Shown in pieces: positions 17,799-28,167 of a DNA stretch of 64,000 bases; positions within the stretch are counted from its first letter, which is position 1, and every line of letters starts with the position of its first letter. Source of the stretch: an uncultured Acidobacteriota bacterium (lineage in GTDB: Bacteria > Acidobacteriota > Vicinamibacteria > Vicinamibacterales > Fen-181); the NCBI GenBank assembly GCA_963701315.1, contig OY969603.1, positions 5,911,320 through 5,975,319 of the forward strand, written 5' to 3'. The notes under the pieces are model-generated. The model saw only the letters and a list, made by a program, of their open reading frames with translations. It did not search any database and had not been told where the DNA came from. Both the position numbers and the translations under genes were made by a program.

Positions 17799-18921
17799 CG
17801 TCCGCCCTCGATTCGACCCGGTCGATCAAGCGACCGCGGGTCGAAGATATCGCACCCAGGCGCCACCAGCAGGTGACCGTCCGCAGCGAAGAAGAGCCCG
17901 GAGGGTTCGATCACGCCTGCCCCGCGAAACTGCACGACGCGCGTGCGATCGCCCTGGGCATCATACACGTACGTCACGGGGACGTGGGCCAACGACACCC
18001 ACAGGCTGCCCGACGCGTCCACGGCGGCGGCGCGGACGAGTTGGGGGACCAGGGGCAGGAGGCGATCCCCGACCTGGCGACGCGGCCACGTGGTCGGCAG
18101 CGCGTTCAGCACGCCGTCGATTTCCCGCCCTTCCACGTGGCGTTCGAACACGACGGCGCCGGCTTCGTCCAGTTTCCGGACCATCGGGCGCCCGGCCTGG
18201 AAGACGAAGTAGAAGCCTCCCTCCGGAGCGACGAGCGGGATGCCGGCGTTGAGCGCGAAGTGGATGTCCGGGTCGTTCTCGAAACCCGTCGCGCGTGGCA
18301 CGCCGATGGCGCGGACGGCTTCGCCCGACACGGTGAACTCCGAGATGAGCGCGCCGCTCTCGGGCAGGCTGACGAACACGGAGCGGCCCCAGGTACCTGC
18401 AGCCATCCCACCCCGCCCACAACGAGGCCGTCGACGATGAACCGTTCGGTCGTGCGGCCCGGCACGGTGAAGCCGCCCAGGAGCGATCCACCTGCCTCGA
18501 ACACCTGGATACGGTCGCGGGCGGCCGGCCGATCGGCGACGGCGAACGTGCCGTTGGGGGAGAGCGCGAAGGCGGTCGGCCCGTAGATCCGACCGGGTTC
18601 CTGCCCGATCCTGACGACCGTCCACGACCCGGTCATCGCGGCGTCGATGCCGTGAACGGTGTGCCCCGCCCGGTCGAACACGTAGAACTGCCCGGAACCG
18701 GCCTGTGCGAATGCGACCACCTCGCGGAAGGTTCCGACGATCTCGGCCGGTACGGCCCGCACGGCGCTCAGCATCTGGACCCGGGAGGTGTCCCGGCCGC
18801 CCTCGACGCGGCCGCGCAGCGAGCGTTCTGGGCCCTGCGGCGCCGGGAGGGCCAGGCAGGCCGACAGCGTCAGGAATCCCCGCCGGGACAGCGAAGGCGA
18901 CGGTGGCTTCGACTCGATCAT
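17795..18921 (-). pseudogene. Tat-exported NHL/TolB-like beta-propeller protein, one frameshift as assembled
   Basis: ORF-track frames 18106..19119 and 17795..18625 join into one product. ATG at 18921, Tat signal SRRGFLTLSACLALPA. Repeated propeller-blade-like segments follow (GQFYVFDRAGHTVHGID, FAVADRPAARDRIQVFE, GGFYFVFQAGRPMVRKLDE, LWVSLAHVPVTYVYDAQG). The frame changes near GGTACC at 18392-18397. Confidence 0.6.
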
Positions 18922-18967
18922 GCTTGGCCAGCGCGCGACGAGGTGTGCCGCCAGGTCCGCCCGGTCT

Positions 18968-21112
18968 TCAGTACCGTGCGGTCTCCCGGATCGCGCGGAG
19001 CACGTCGGCGCTCTGGGGAAGGATGACCTCCTCCAGGTTGGGCGCGTAGGCGACCGGCGTGTCGAGCGCGGCGACGCGTCGCACCGGGGCGTCGAGATGT
19101 TCGAACAGGTCACCGGCAATGCGGGCGGCGATCTCCGCGCCGAACCCGCACGTCAGTTGGTCCTCGTGGGCGATGATGACACGATTGGTCCGCCGGACGA
19201 TCGTCGCAATCCCCTCCCAGTCGTACGGGACGAGCGTCCTGAGGTCGAAGACGGCGGCGCTGATCCCGTCCTTTTCCGCCTGCTGGGCCGCGAGGAGGCT
19301 GCGCTGCACGAGAGCGCCCCACGTCAGGACGACGAGGTCTTCGCCGTCCCGGACGAGCGCCCCCTTGCCGAACGGCAGCGTGTAGTCGGGCCCCGGGTAG
19401 ACGCCCTTGTTGTAGGTCTGGCGGTACAGGTGCTTGTGCTCGAGAAACAGGACCGGGTCGTCGCAGCGGATGGCGGTCCGCAGCAACCCCGCCGCGTCGA
19501 CCGCGTTGGACGGGAAGACCACTCGGATGCCCGGGCAATGGGCGAAGATGCTCTCGCCGGACTGGCTGTGGTACGGCGCGCCCCCGCGCAGGTAGCCGCC
19601 GATCGGGACGCGAACGACCATCGGGCACGAGAAGTTGTTGCCGGAGCGGTACCGGAGCATCGCCATCTCGTCCCGCAGCTGCATCATCGCCGGCCAGATG
19701 TAGTCGAAGAACTGGATCTCCACCACCGGCTTGATGCCCCGCGTGGCCATGCCCACGGCCCGCCCGGTGATGTTCGCCTCGGCGAGCGGCGAGTTGAACA
19801 CGCGGGTAGCGCCGAATGCCCGCTGGAGGCCGTGCGTGACCTTGAACACCCCGCCCTTACCCGAGACCGCGGAGAGGGCCTCCTCCCGCGAGGCGTCGGC
19901 CACGTCCTCCCCAAAGAGGATGATCCGCGGGTCCCGCCCCATCTCGTCGCGCAGCGTTCGGTTGATCGCCGCCACCATGGTGTCCGGTTTCCCCGTGCCG
20001 GTTGCCTCGGCGTCGAACGCGGCCGACGTCGGATCGACATCGGGGGAGAACACCCAGAGCGCGGCCGTGTCAGGCGCCGGCTTGGCCGCGCGCAAGGCGA
20101 GCTCCGCCGCCGCCGCCACCTCGCGCTCGGCGGTCGTCTCGATCTGTTCGAGCGCGGTGTCGGTCGCCAAGCCGTCCTCGAGCAGTAGGCGGCGCAGTCG
20201 CCGCAAGGGGTCCCGGGCGGCCTCGGTCTGCCGCTCGGCGGGGGTCTTGTACAGCCGCTCGTCGTCGGAGAGCGAGTGCGAGTAGGGCCGGATCACGTGC
20301 GCGTGCACGAGCGACGGGCCGCGGCGCTCCCGGGCATAGGTGACGGCGTCGCGCAGCCCCCGATGGCTGTCGAGCAGGTCCGTGCCGTCCACCGTCAGGA
20401 CGTTGAGCCCCGGATAGGCGCGCACGATGCGAGAGATGTCGCCCCCGGGCGTCTGGATCTCGCGGGGGACCGAGATGGCGTAGCCATTGTCCTGGACGAG
20501 GTACACGACCGGCAGCCGCTTGCCGCAGGCCGTGTTCAGGGACTCCCAGAACTCGCCCTCGGCGGTGGCGCCCTCGCCTAGTGACACGTAGACGACCTCG
20601 TCGGGCCGACACCGGGCCTCGCGGCCGGGGATCTCCTCAATCCGCTGGTAGAACCGGCCTGCCTCGGCACACCCGACCGCTTGCAGGCACTGTGTGCCGG
20701 TCGGGCTTCCCTGCGACACGATATTGAGCCGCTTGTGGCCCCAGTGCGACGGCATCTGCCGCCCCCCGGACGCGGGGTCGTCTCGGGCACCCACAGCCTC
20801 GAGGAGCATCTCGTACGGGGTCACACCCAGGGCCAGGCACAGCGCACGGTCGCGGTAGTACGGATAGAACCAGTCGTAGCCGGGTCGCAGGTGCAGGGCG
20901 GCGGCCACCAGCACGGCTTCGTGTCCCGCACCGCTGATCTGGAAGAAGATCTGACTCTGGTTCTTGAGCTGGATCTCCTTGTCGTCGAGCTTTCTCGACA
21001 GGACCATCCAGGTGTAGGCGCGCAGCAGGTCGTCGCGGGTGAGGTCGGTCTGCCGGGCTGATGCCCCTGGCGCCAGCCCATTCAACCCGCTGACTGGAGT
21101 CGATGCGTCCAT
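18968..21112 (-). CDS. fused alpha/beta E1 component of a TPP-dependent 2-oxoacid dehydrogenase
   Basis: 714 aa. The N-terminal half is E1-alpha-like with the TPP motif [37 protein letters not shown]. The C-terminal half is E1-beta/transketolase-like ([35 protein letters not shown]). No E2 or E3 gene is adjacent. Confidence 0.85.
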   Translation of the reverse strand: MDASTPVSGLNGLAPGASARQTDLTRDDLLRAYTWMVLSRKLDDKEIQLKNQSQIFFQISGAGHEAVLVAAALHLRPGYDWFYPYYRDRALCLALGVTPYEMLLEAVGARDDPASGGRQMPSHWGHKRLNIVSQGSPTGTQCLQAVGCAEAGRFYQRIEEIPGREARCRPDEVVYVSLGEGATAEGEFWESLNTACGKRLPVVYLVQDNGYAISVPREIQTPGGDISRIVRAYPGLNVLTVDGTDLLDSHRGLRDAVTYARERRGPSLVHAHVIRPYSHSLSDDERLYKTPAERQTEAARDPLRRLRRLLLEDGLATDTALEQIETTAEREVAAAAELALRAAKPAPDTAALWVFSPDVDPTSAAFDAEATGTGKPDTMVAAINRTLRDEMGRDPRIILFGEDVADASREEALSAVSGKGGVFKVTHGLQRAFGATRVFNSPLAEANITGRAVGMATRGIKPVVEIQFFDYIWPAMMQLRDEMAMLRYRSGNNFSCPMVVRVPIGGYLRGGAPYHSQSGESIFAHCPGIRVVFPSNAVDAAGLLRTAIRCDDPVLFLEHKHLYRQTYNKGVYPGPDYTLPFGKGALVRDGEDLVVLTWGALVQRSLLAAQQAEKDGISAAVFDLRTLVPYDWEGIATIVRRTNRVIIAHEDQLTCGFGAEIAARIAGDLFEHLDAPVRRVAALDTPVAYAPNLEEVILPQSADVLRAIRETARY

Positions 21113-21215
21113 GCGACGGTCCTCGGAAGCCGGCCCGGGGCGGCCGATGCTCCCGACGGGATCGGCCGGACACTGGTCTGATTGCTGAGCGTTTTATTAT
21201 AGCACCCGGGCCCGA

Positions 21216-21224
21216 TGCTATAAT
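21216..21224 (+). promoter_or_regulatory. candidate extended -10 promoter element (TGCTATAAT) for the cupin gene
   Basis: TGCTATAAT lies in a locally AT-rich patch (gttttattatagca...) of the divergent intergenic region. It ends 16 nt before the ATG at 21241, and no Shine-Dalgarno sequence lies in between, so the mRNA would be short-leader or near-leaderless. No convincing -35 element was seen. Confidence 0.35.
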
Positions 21225-21240
21225 CTGGCCCACTCCGAGC

Positions 21241-21582
21241 ATGACCGCACCTCCGCGCCTGCACCGCTGGGACGAGATCGCACTCGAGAAGATCACGGAG
21301 ATGATCTCGCGGAAGATCATCGCCGGCGACCGCATGATGCTGGCGCACGTCTACCTCAAGCGCGGAGCGCTCGTCCCCATGCATCACCACGAGAGCGAGC
21401 AGATGACCTACGTGCTCCAGGGGGCGCTGCGCTGCACGGTCGGCGACGAGGAAATCACCGTCCGCGAGGGTGAAGTGCTGCACGTGCCGCCCCACACCCT
21501 CCACCAGGCCGAGGCACTCGAAGACACCCTCGAAATGGATGTGTTCGCCCCGGGCCGGCGGGAGTGGACCGAGGGGGAGTAA
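21241..21582 (+). CDS. cupin-domain protein
   Basis: ATG at 21241 within ORF 21103..21582. Cupin motifs are GALVPMHHHESEQMTYVLQG and EGEVLHVPPHTLHQAEA. Confidence 0.75.
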   Translation: MTAPPRLHRWDEIALEKITEMISRKIIAGDRMMLAHVYLKRGALVPMHHHESEQMTYVLQGALRCTVGDEEITVREGEVLHVPPHTLHQAEALEDTLEMDVFAPGRREWTEGE

Positions 21583-21627
21583 CCCCGGCGCGCGAACCAT
21601 CCACCCGGGCGTTCCGTCTAACCTCGC

Positions 21628-24135
21628 ATGTCGATGTCCGCGCTTCCCTGGTCCCTGCGGGCGCTGCTCCGCACGCCGCTCGTTACCGTGGCGGCTGTCG
21701 TCTCGCTTTCGCTCGGTATCGGGGCGAACGCGGCCATCTTCTCGCTGTTCGACCAGACCCTGCTCCGGGCGCTCCCGGTCCGGGAACCGGGCCGCCTGGT
21801 CAACCTGGCGGCGCCGGGGCCGAAGCCCGGCTCCCAGTCGTGCAACCAGGCGGGCGGCTGTGACGCGGTCTTCAGCTACCCGATGTTCCGCGACCTCGAG
21901 CGGCAGCAGGCCGTCTTCACCGGCATCGCGGGGCACCGCCTCTTCGGGGCCAACCTGGCCTACCGCGGGCAGACGCTCAGCGGGGACGGCGCGCTGGTGT
22001 CCGGGAGTTACTTCTCCGTGCTGGGAATCCAGCCGGCGATCGGCCGCCTGTTGGACTCGGGCGATGACCGCACCATCGGTGAATCTCACGTGGTCGTGCT
22101 CAGCGACTCGTACTGGCGGACGAGGTTCAGCGCCAGCCCCAGCGTCCTGAACCAGACCCTGATCGTCAACGGTCAGCCGCTCACCATCGTCGGCGTCACG
22201 CCCCGCGGCTTCCGGGGCACGACGGTGGGCGCTTCGCCCGCCGTGTTCGTGCCGATCACGCTCCGGGAGACGATGGAGCCGTTCTTCCACGAGCCGCAGT
22301 TCGACAAGCGCCGCGCGTACTGGATCTACCTCTTCGCCCGGCTGAAGCCCGGCGTGTCCCTCGATCAGGCGCGCGCCGCCCTCAACGTCCCCTACCGCGC
22401 GATCATCAACGACGTGGAGGCCCCGCTGCAGAAGGGGATGAGCGACCAGACGATGAAACGGTTCCGGGTGCGTCAGGTCGTGGTCGAGGCGGACCCCCGG
22501 GGCCAGAGCAGCGTCCACCGCGAGGCGCGCACGCCGATGTGGCTGCTCCTGGGGCTGACCGGTCTCGTGCTGGTCATGGCCTGCGCGAACATCGCGAACC
22601 TCCTGCTGGCCCGAGGGGCGTCCCGCTCGGCTGAGATGGCCGTGCGGTTGTCGATTGGCGCGGGACGCGGGCGGCTGATCCGGCAACTACTTGGTGAATC
22701 GTGCCTGTTGGCGGTGGCGGGGGGCGCCCTCGGCCTGCTGGTCGCCCACTGGACGCTGGACCTGATCGCGTCGCTGATGCCAGCCTCCGCCGCGACGACG
22801 CTCAGCTTCGAGATCGACGGACGGGTCCTGCTGGTGTCGGCCGCGCTCGCCGCGGCCACGGGACTGCTCTTCGGGCTGTTTCCCGCGCTGCACGCCACGC
22901 GGCCCGACGTGGTCAGCTCGCTCAAGGGCCAGGCCGGCCAGCCGGGCGGTCCGCGGTCCGCCTCCCTGTTCCGCACCTCGCTGGCGACCCTGCAGGTCGG
23001 GCTGTCGATGCTCCTGCTGGTCTGTGCCGGGCTCTTCGTCAGGAGCCTGTTCAACGTGAGTCGTGCCGACCTCGGCCTGAAGATCGACAACGTGGTGACG
23101 TTTGGCGTGGCGCCGATGCTCAATGGCTACAGCGCCCCGCAGTCCCGACAGCTGTTCGAGCGCATCGAGGACGCCTTCGCCTCAACGCCCGGCGTGACCG
23201 GTGTGACGGCCGCAATGGTGCCCCTGCTCGCCGGCAACAACTGGGGCACCTCGGTCGGCGTCGAGGGATTCGACGCCGGGCCGGACACCGACGTCGAGGC
23301 GCGCTTCAACGAAATCGGGCCCGGCTTCTTCTCCACGCTCGGCGTGCCGCTCGTGTCCGGCCGGGAGTTCTCGCCGGCCGACGGCGTTGGCGCCCCGAAG
23401 GTGGCGATCGTCAACCAGGCCTTCGCCCGGAAGTTCCACCTCGGACGGAACGCCGTCGGCCGCCACATCGATCCCGGCGGCGGCAAGAAGCTCAACGTCG
23501 AGATCGTGGGTCTGGTCGCCGACGCGAAGTACAGCGAGGTGAAGGACGCCGTTCCGCCGCAGTTTTTCCAGCCGTACCGCCAGGACGACACGATCGGCTT
23601 CATCACCTTCTACGTGCGCTCGGGCCTGGACGCCAAAGAGATCCTCGGCGTGATCCCGAAGGTGGTGGGCCGGATCGATCCGAATCTCCCCGTCGACAGC
23701 CTCCGGTCGATGCCGCAGCAGGTGCGGGAGAACGTGTTTCTCGACCGGTTCATCACGGTGCTGTCGGCCGCCTTCGCCAGCCTGGCCACCTTGCTGGCGG
23801 CCATCGGGCTCTATGGCGTGTTGGCCTACGCCGTCGCGCAGCGGACTCGCGAGATCGGGCTGCGCATGGCCCTCGGGGCCACGCCGGGCGGCGTGCGGCG
23901 GATGATCCTCAGGCAGACGGGGCTGATGACGGCCATCGGAGGGATCGCCGGGCTGGTCCTGGCCGTGGTTGTGGGCCGCTACGCGCAGTCGCTGCTCTAC
24001 GAGCTGAAGGGCGACGATCCGGCGGTCTTCGCCGGTGCGGCGGTCACGCTCGGTCTCATCGCGCTGATGGCGGGTTTCATTCCGGCGCAGCGCGCGTCGC
24101 GGGTCGACCCGATGCGGGCCCTGCGCTACGAGTGA
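21628..24135 (+). CDS. ADOP-family duplicated FtsX/MacB-like ABC permease (second copy, no ATPase nearby)
   Basis: 835 aa with the same architecture as 9604..12057. The N-terminus is LRALLRTPLVTVAAVVSLSLGIGANAAIFSLFDQTLLRALPVREP and the C-terminus is QRASRVDPMRALRYE. Confidence 0.8.
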   Translation: MSMSALPWSLRALLRTPLVTVAAVVSLSLGIGANAAIFSLFDQTLLRALPVREPGRLVNLAAPGPKPGSQSCNQAGGCDAVFSYPMFRDLERQQAVFTGIAGHRLFGANLAYRGQTLSGDGALVSGSYFSVLGIQPAIGRLLDSGDDRTIGESHVVVLSDSYWRTRFSASPSVLNQTLIVNGQPLTIVGVTPRGFRGTTVGASPAVFVPITLRETMEPFFHEPQFDKRRAYWIYLFARLKPGVSLDQARAALNVPYRAIINDVEAPLQKGMSDQTMKRFRVRQVVVEADPRGQSSVHREARTPMWLLLGLTGLVLVMACANIANLLLARGASRSAEMAVRLSIGAGRGRLIRQLLGESCLLAVAGGALGLLVAHWTLDLIASLMPASAATTLSFEIDGRVLLVSAALAAATGLLFGLFPALHATRPDVVSSLKGQAGQPGGPRSASLFRTSLATLQVGLSMLLLVCAGLFVRSLFNVSRADLGLKIDNVVTFGVAPMLNGYSAPQSRQLFERIEDAFASTPGVTGVTAAMVPLLAGNNWGTSVGVEGFDAGPDTDVEARFNEIGPGFFSTLGVPLVSGREFSPADGVGAPKVAIVNQAFARKFHLGRNAVGRHIDPGGGKKLNVEIVGLVADAKYSEVKDAVPPQFFQPYRQDDTIGFITFYVRSGLDAKEILGVIPKVVGRIDPNLPVDSLRSMPQQVRENVFLDRFITVLSAAFASLATLLAAIGLYGVLAYAVAQRTREIGLRMALGATPGGVRRMILRQTGLMTAIGGIAGLVLAVVVGRYAQSLLYELKGDDPAVFAGAAVTLGLIALMAGFIPAQRASRVDPMRALRYE

Positions 24136-24147
24136 GCCCCGGCGCGC

Positions 24148-24783
24148 TCAACGCAGCCAGTCGAGGGACAAGACGTGCGCGCCCGCGCCGGTGCGACGGT
24201 TGGGGCCGATCTCCACGTCGTTCCGGAGGATGCGGATTCCGCCGTCGTAGCGGTCCCCGAGCGTCACCTCGCCGGCGCGCGCCATCACCAGGCGCTCGCG
24301 TCGCCCTTCATCGGCCTGCTCCTGGTCGATCGCGAAGCGGATGAACAGCAGCGACGTGAAGACCCCGGTCCCGCCGCCATTGTCCCAGGTCTCGACCACG
24401 TGAATGCCCGATGCGAGTGTCCCGACGCGGCGGTAGGCGAACCAGCCGGATTCACCGGGCGTTGGGGTGACCGAGGTGGTCCGCAGCTCGATGCGGACGG
24501 TGCCGTCAGGTTGTTCCGTGGAGTCGCCATAGTAGCGATCCGAGTTCCAGGTCCCGCCCAGGTCGATCGCCACCGGTCCTGCCACCGAGTCGGACAGCCA
24601 CGACAGCAGCTCCTTGATCGCCCTCGGGTTGATCGGTTTGCCCCGATAGGTGAAGTCTCGGTTCGCCTCGGCAAGCAGCGGGGCGAGGGGAGAGGGCGGG
24701 GCGGGCGAGCCGGAGAGGGTCGTCCCGGCCACCAGAAGAGCCGACAGGAGCATCGCGACGCAGCCGATCCGAGTCATCCGCAC
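24148..24783 (-). CDS. hypothetical secreted protein
   Basis: 211-aa ORF with an N-terminal signal-like segment MRMTRIGCVAMLLSALLVAGTTLSG. The composition looks coding, but no family was recognised. Confidence 0.45.
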   Translation of the reverse strand: MRMTRIGCVAMLLSALLVAGTTLSGSPAPPSPLAPLLAEANRDFTYRGKPINPRAIKELLSWLSDSVAGPVAIDLGGTWNSDRYYGDSTEQPDGTVRIELRTTSVTPTPGESGWFAYRRVGTLASGIHVVETWDNGGGTGVFTSLLFIRFAIDQEQADEGRRERLVMARAGEVTLGDRYDGGIRILRNDVEIGPNRRTGAGAHVLSLDWLR

Positions 24784-24927
24784 CCTCCTCCCGTTCCGAC
24801 GTCGGCGCAGGTTACGGCCGACGGTGCACCGATCAGCAGAGCCGCGCCGCGGATGGGGGCGAGAGGACGAAGCGCCGGCAGGCCCGGGACCCTGCCGGAC
24901 AATCAGTGCGTGCGACGGTTCCAGTCG

Positions 24928-25668
24928 TCACGGCCGCCGGAGTAGACGTCCAGCCTTCGGCGCATGCGATTCATCTTCCACTTGAAGTACCCGGTACTTG
25001 ATCTCGGCCAGCGGCTTGGTCCGCCAGACGCGCAGGTAGAGATACCCGAAGGCCAGCCCGCCCAGGTGCGCAGAGTTCGCCACCCCGCCCTGGTTTCCGC
25101 CAACCGACGAGAGGAAGGCGATCGCGCCCATGATCATGACGAAGTACTTCGCCGGGATCGGGAAGAGCATCCACATGTAGATGGGGCGATCCGGAAAGTA
25201 GAGCGCGTAGGCCAACAACAGGCCGTAGATGGCGCCCGACGCGCCGACCGTCACCGACGCCCACATGGCCGCGCCGACCTCGCCGGGGAGCCACGCGAGC
25301 AGGAGCGTCGTCACCGCCGCGCCGATTCCGGTCACGAAGTAGTACTTGAGGAAGAACGTCCGTCCCCACAGCCGCTCGAGTTCGACGCCGAACATCCACA
25401 GCGCGAGCATGTTGAACAGGATGTGCAGCATCCCGGCGTGCAGGAACATGTAGGTGACCGGCTGCCAGAGGAAGAGCCGCCGGAACACCGCGTCAGGTTG
25501 CAGGCCGAAGTCGAACACGAGCGATGGCGCCACCCACGACACGAGGAACACCGCCACGTTCGTCCAGATCAGGGTCTTGACGACCGGCGTCATGGGACCC
25601 GGGCCGAAGGAGTACGACATCATGCGGGCCGACGGGCGGTATGGCGGCATGGCCTCCAATCCAGTCAT
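24928..25668 (-). CDS. rhomboid-family intramembrane serine protease
   Basis: Motifs FLHAGMLHILFNMLALWMFG, the catalytic GASGAIYGLL and AHLGGLAFGYLY are present, with six or seven TM segments. Confidence 0.85.
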   Translation of the reverse strand: MTGLEAMPPYRPSARMMSYSFGPGPMTPVVKTLIWTNVAVFLVSWVAPSLVFDFGLQPDAVFRRLFLWQPVTYMFLHAGMLHILFNMLALWMFGVELERLWGRTFFLKYYFVTGIGAAVTTLLLAWLPGEVGAAMWASVTVGASGAIYGLLLAYALYFPDRPIYMWMLFPIPAKYFVMIMGAIAFLSSVGGNQGGVANSAHLGGLAFGYLYLRVWRTKPLAEIKYRVLQVEDESHAPKAGRLLRRP

Positions 25669-25818
25669 CGGGCGCGCGCCTGTGCGCCCGAGATCACGCT
25701 GAGAGATCGGATGAACCGGTACGCGATCGTCCCACAGTTCCGAGCGTCCCCAGCCGGCCTGGGACGAGCTGGCGCCTCGGGCCGCCGGCCGGCGCGCGGC
25801 TGCCCGTCCTGCTGCGCC

Positions 25819-27471
25819 TCACGTGGCGCTCGGGCGCGCGCGCAGCCACAATCGGATCGCCAGCAGCACTTCTTCGAACTCGGAGATCCGCAGCGCCCGT
25901 GCGGCGGCGGCCAGCGCCCCCAGCCCGACACCCAGCCCGGCCGCGACGCGGATGGCCTTCGCGGCGAGGGACGCACCGAGCACGGTAGAGGCGAGCCATC
26001 CCTCCACGGCCCAGACGGCGGCGGCCATGGCCGCGGACGCGGCGCAGATCTTCAGCGTCGCGACCGCCAGGCGACCTCCGTCGATGCCGTCGAGCCGGTC
26101 GCGGAGGAGGTGGAGCAGGAGGGCGGCGTTGACCAGGGCCGCGAGCGAGGTGCCGAGGGCCAGGCCCCGGTAGCCGAGCCAGCGAACGAAGACCAGGTTC
26201 AGCGCCAGGTTCAGGCCCACCGTAACGCCGCTCACGAGCACGGGCGTCCGGCTGTCCCGAAGGGAGTAGAACGTGGGGACCGCGATCTTGACCGCCGAGT
26301 AGCCGACCAGGCCGGGCGCGTAGGCCAGCAGGGCGGCCACCGTCCCGGAGGTGTCCTGCGGCGTGAAGCGCCCGTGTTCGAAGATGAGCGCGACAATCGG
26401 GCTGGCGAGCACGACCAGGCCGACCGTCGCCGGCACGTTCAGCATCAACATCATGCGGAGCGCGCCCGACAGCGTCTCGCGCATCGACGCGCGGTCCTGG
26501 AGCGCCGCGTGACGCGACAGGGCCGGCACCGCGGCGGTCGCGATCGACAGTCCGAAGAGCCCGATGGGGAAGTACATCAATCGGAAGGCGTAGTTCAGGT
26601 ACGACACCGCGCCCGGGCCTTGCCCGGTGGCGAGCATCGTGTTGACGAGCACGTTCACCTGAACGGCCGCCAGGCCGATGGTGCCCGGTGTCATCAAGGC
26701 GATGACTTCCCGCAGTGCCGGGTCTCGGAGATTCACCACCGGCCGGTACCGATACCCTTCCCGGCGCAGCAAGACCCACTGGATGGCCACCTGGGCCAGG
26801 CCACCGACGAGCGTCCCGCAGCCAGCCGCGAAGATAGGTCGCACGCCGGCTGCCAAGAAGACCGGGATGAGCACCGCCATGGTGGCGATCGTCCCGACGT
26901 TGAACATCGCCGGAGCCAGCGCGGGCACGAAGAACCGCCGCAGCGAGTTGAGCATGCCCATGCACGCGGCGGCCAGGGCGACCAAGGTGAGGAACGGAAA
27001 CATCAGGCGCGCCAGCGCCACGACCAGCTCCAGCTTGCCCGGGACCTCGGCGTAGCGCCCTGCGGCGAAGGTCGCGATGGGCCAGGCGAATGCCACGCCG
27101 AGCACCACGAGCGTTCCCGTGACCAGCAGCAGGGCGTTGACGACCAGGTTGCCGAGCCGCCAGGCCGCGGGCCGGCCCTCCAGCGTCAGGAGGCGCGTGA
27201 AGGTGGGCACGAAGGCCGCACTCATGGCGCCCTCGGCAAACAGGTCGCGGAGCAAGTTGGGGATGCGAAACGCCACGATGTAGGCGTCCATGTCGTGGCT
27301 GGCTGCGAACACATAGGCGAGGACCTGGTCGCGCACCAGCCCGAGGAGCCGGCTCGACATGGTCGCCAGCCCGATCACACCGGCCGACCGGGCGAGCCGC
27401 AGGGAGCCCCCAGGTGGCGCGGGCTCGCCGCGGATCGGGTCTGGCCGCGCCGGGGTGCTGGCAACATCCAT
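25819..27471 (-). CDS. murJ: lipid II flippase MurJ/MviN
   Basis: 550 aa and polytopic. The N-terminal signature is SRLLGLVRDQVLAYVFAASHDMDAYIVAFRIPNLLRDLFAEGAMSAAFVPTF. Confidence 0.9.
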   Translation of the reverse strand: MDVASTPARPDPIRGEPAPPGGSLRLARSAGVIGLATMSSRLLGLVRDQVLAYVFAASHDMDAYIVAFRIPNLLRDLFAEGAMSAAFVPTFTRLLTLEGRPAAWRLGNLVVNALLLVTGTLVVLGVAFAWPIATFAAGRYAEVPGKLELVVALARLMFPFLTLVALAAACMGMLNSLRRFFVPALAPAMFNVGTIATMAVLIPVFLAAGVRPIFAAGCGTLVGGLAQVAIQWVLLRREGYRYRPVVNLRDPALREVIALMTPGTIGLAAVQVNVLVNTMLATGQGPGAVSYLNYAFRLMYFPIGLFGLSIATAAVPALSRHAALQDRASMRETLSGALRMMLMLNVPATVGLVVLASPIVALIFEHGRFTPQDTSGTVAALLAYAPGLVGYSAVKIAVPTFYSLRDSRTPVLVSGVTVGLNLALNLVFVRWLGYRGLALGTSLAALVNAALLLHLLRDRLDGIDGGRLAVATLKICAASAAMAAAVWAVEGWLASTVLGASLAAKAIRVAAGLGVGLGALAAAARALRISEFEEVLLAIRLWLRARPSAT

Positions 27472-27530
27472 GGACGCTTCAGGTTAGCACACGTGCTGCT
27501 TGCACACGCGCTCGGCCGGACTGCGAGAGG

Positions 27531-27572
27531 GGATGAAGAAAAGGAAGGGCCCCTTTGGCTCAGAAGGGGCCC
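27531..27572 (-). terminator. intrinsic terminator downstream of the yqeY-like gene
   Basis: Perfect 9-bp inverted repeat gggcccctt (27547-27555) / aaggggccc (27564-27572) with an 8-nt loop. On the minus strand it is followed by TTCCTTTTCTTCATCC. It lies 83 nt after the stop at 27655. Confidence 0.6.
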
Positions 27573-27654
27573 GTGGAGGATGAGAGGCTTTCGCTCTCGT
27601 TATCCGTTTAGACGCGCCACGCGCGGAAAAAGTTCGTGGACATTTCCTGACCGG

Positions 27655-28104
27655 TCACACGCTCAGGCGCCGGCGCACCAGCTCGTTGACGGCCTTGCCA
27701 TCGACCGTGGCGCCAGCGAGCCGGGCCATCACCGCCTTCATCACCTTGCCGATGTCCTTGGGGGAGGTGGCGCCGGTCTGCTGGATCACCTCGGTCACGA
27801 GGCGGTCAAGGTCGTCGGCTCCCACAGCTGGCGGCAGATAGGCTTCGAGGATCGCAAGGTCTGCCGTCTCCTTCTCGACCAGATCCTGTCGCCCGCCCTT
27901 CGCGAACTGCTCGATGGATTCCTTGCGCTGCTTGACGAGGGTCCCGACGACCTGGTGCTCCTCAGCCTCGGTGAGCGCGCGGCCCCGCTCGACTTCCCGG
28001 TTCATGAGGGCGGCCTTGAGCAGGCGCAGCGCCGAGAGCCGCTCCTGGTCGCGCGCCTTCATAGCTTCGGCCATCGACTGGGTTACCTGTTCGATTAGGG
28101 ACAT
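27655..28104 (-). CDS. GatB/YqeY-domain protein
   Basis: 149 aa, MSLIEQVTQSMAEAMKARDQERLSALRLLKAALMNREVE...AILEAYLPP, typical of YqeY. A GGAGG lies 6 nt upstream of the ATG. Confidence 0.85.
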   Translation of the reverse strand: MSLIEQVTQSMAEAMKARDQERLSALRLLKAALMNREVERGRALTEAEEHQVVGTLVKQRKESIEQFAKGGRQDLVEKETADLAILEAYLPPAVGADDLDRLVTEVIQQTGATSPKDIGKVMKAVMARLAGATVDGKAVNELVRRRLSV

Positions 28105-28167
28105 GCGACCTCCTCGCAGGGGACCGGCGGGCCTACTCCGGCCGACACCGCGGTTTCCGCGCCCCTC

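Noticed and set aside
24964-28098. 1044-aa plus-strand ORF spanning the rhomboid, murJ and yqeY region. The same applies to similar long shadow ORFs, e.g. 21082..22686 minus, 18788..20188 plus, 33042..34979 plus, 59903..61927 plus.
   Set aside because: They are antisense to well-supported conserved genes, and their composition is junk-like (runs of R, G, P, D, E, H). They are GC-rich shadow ORFs.
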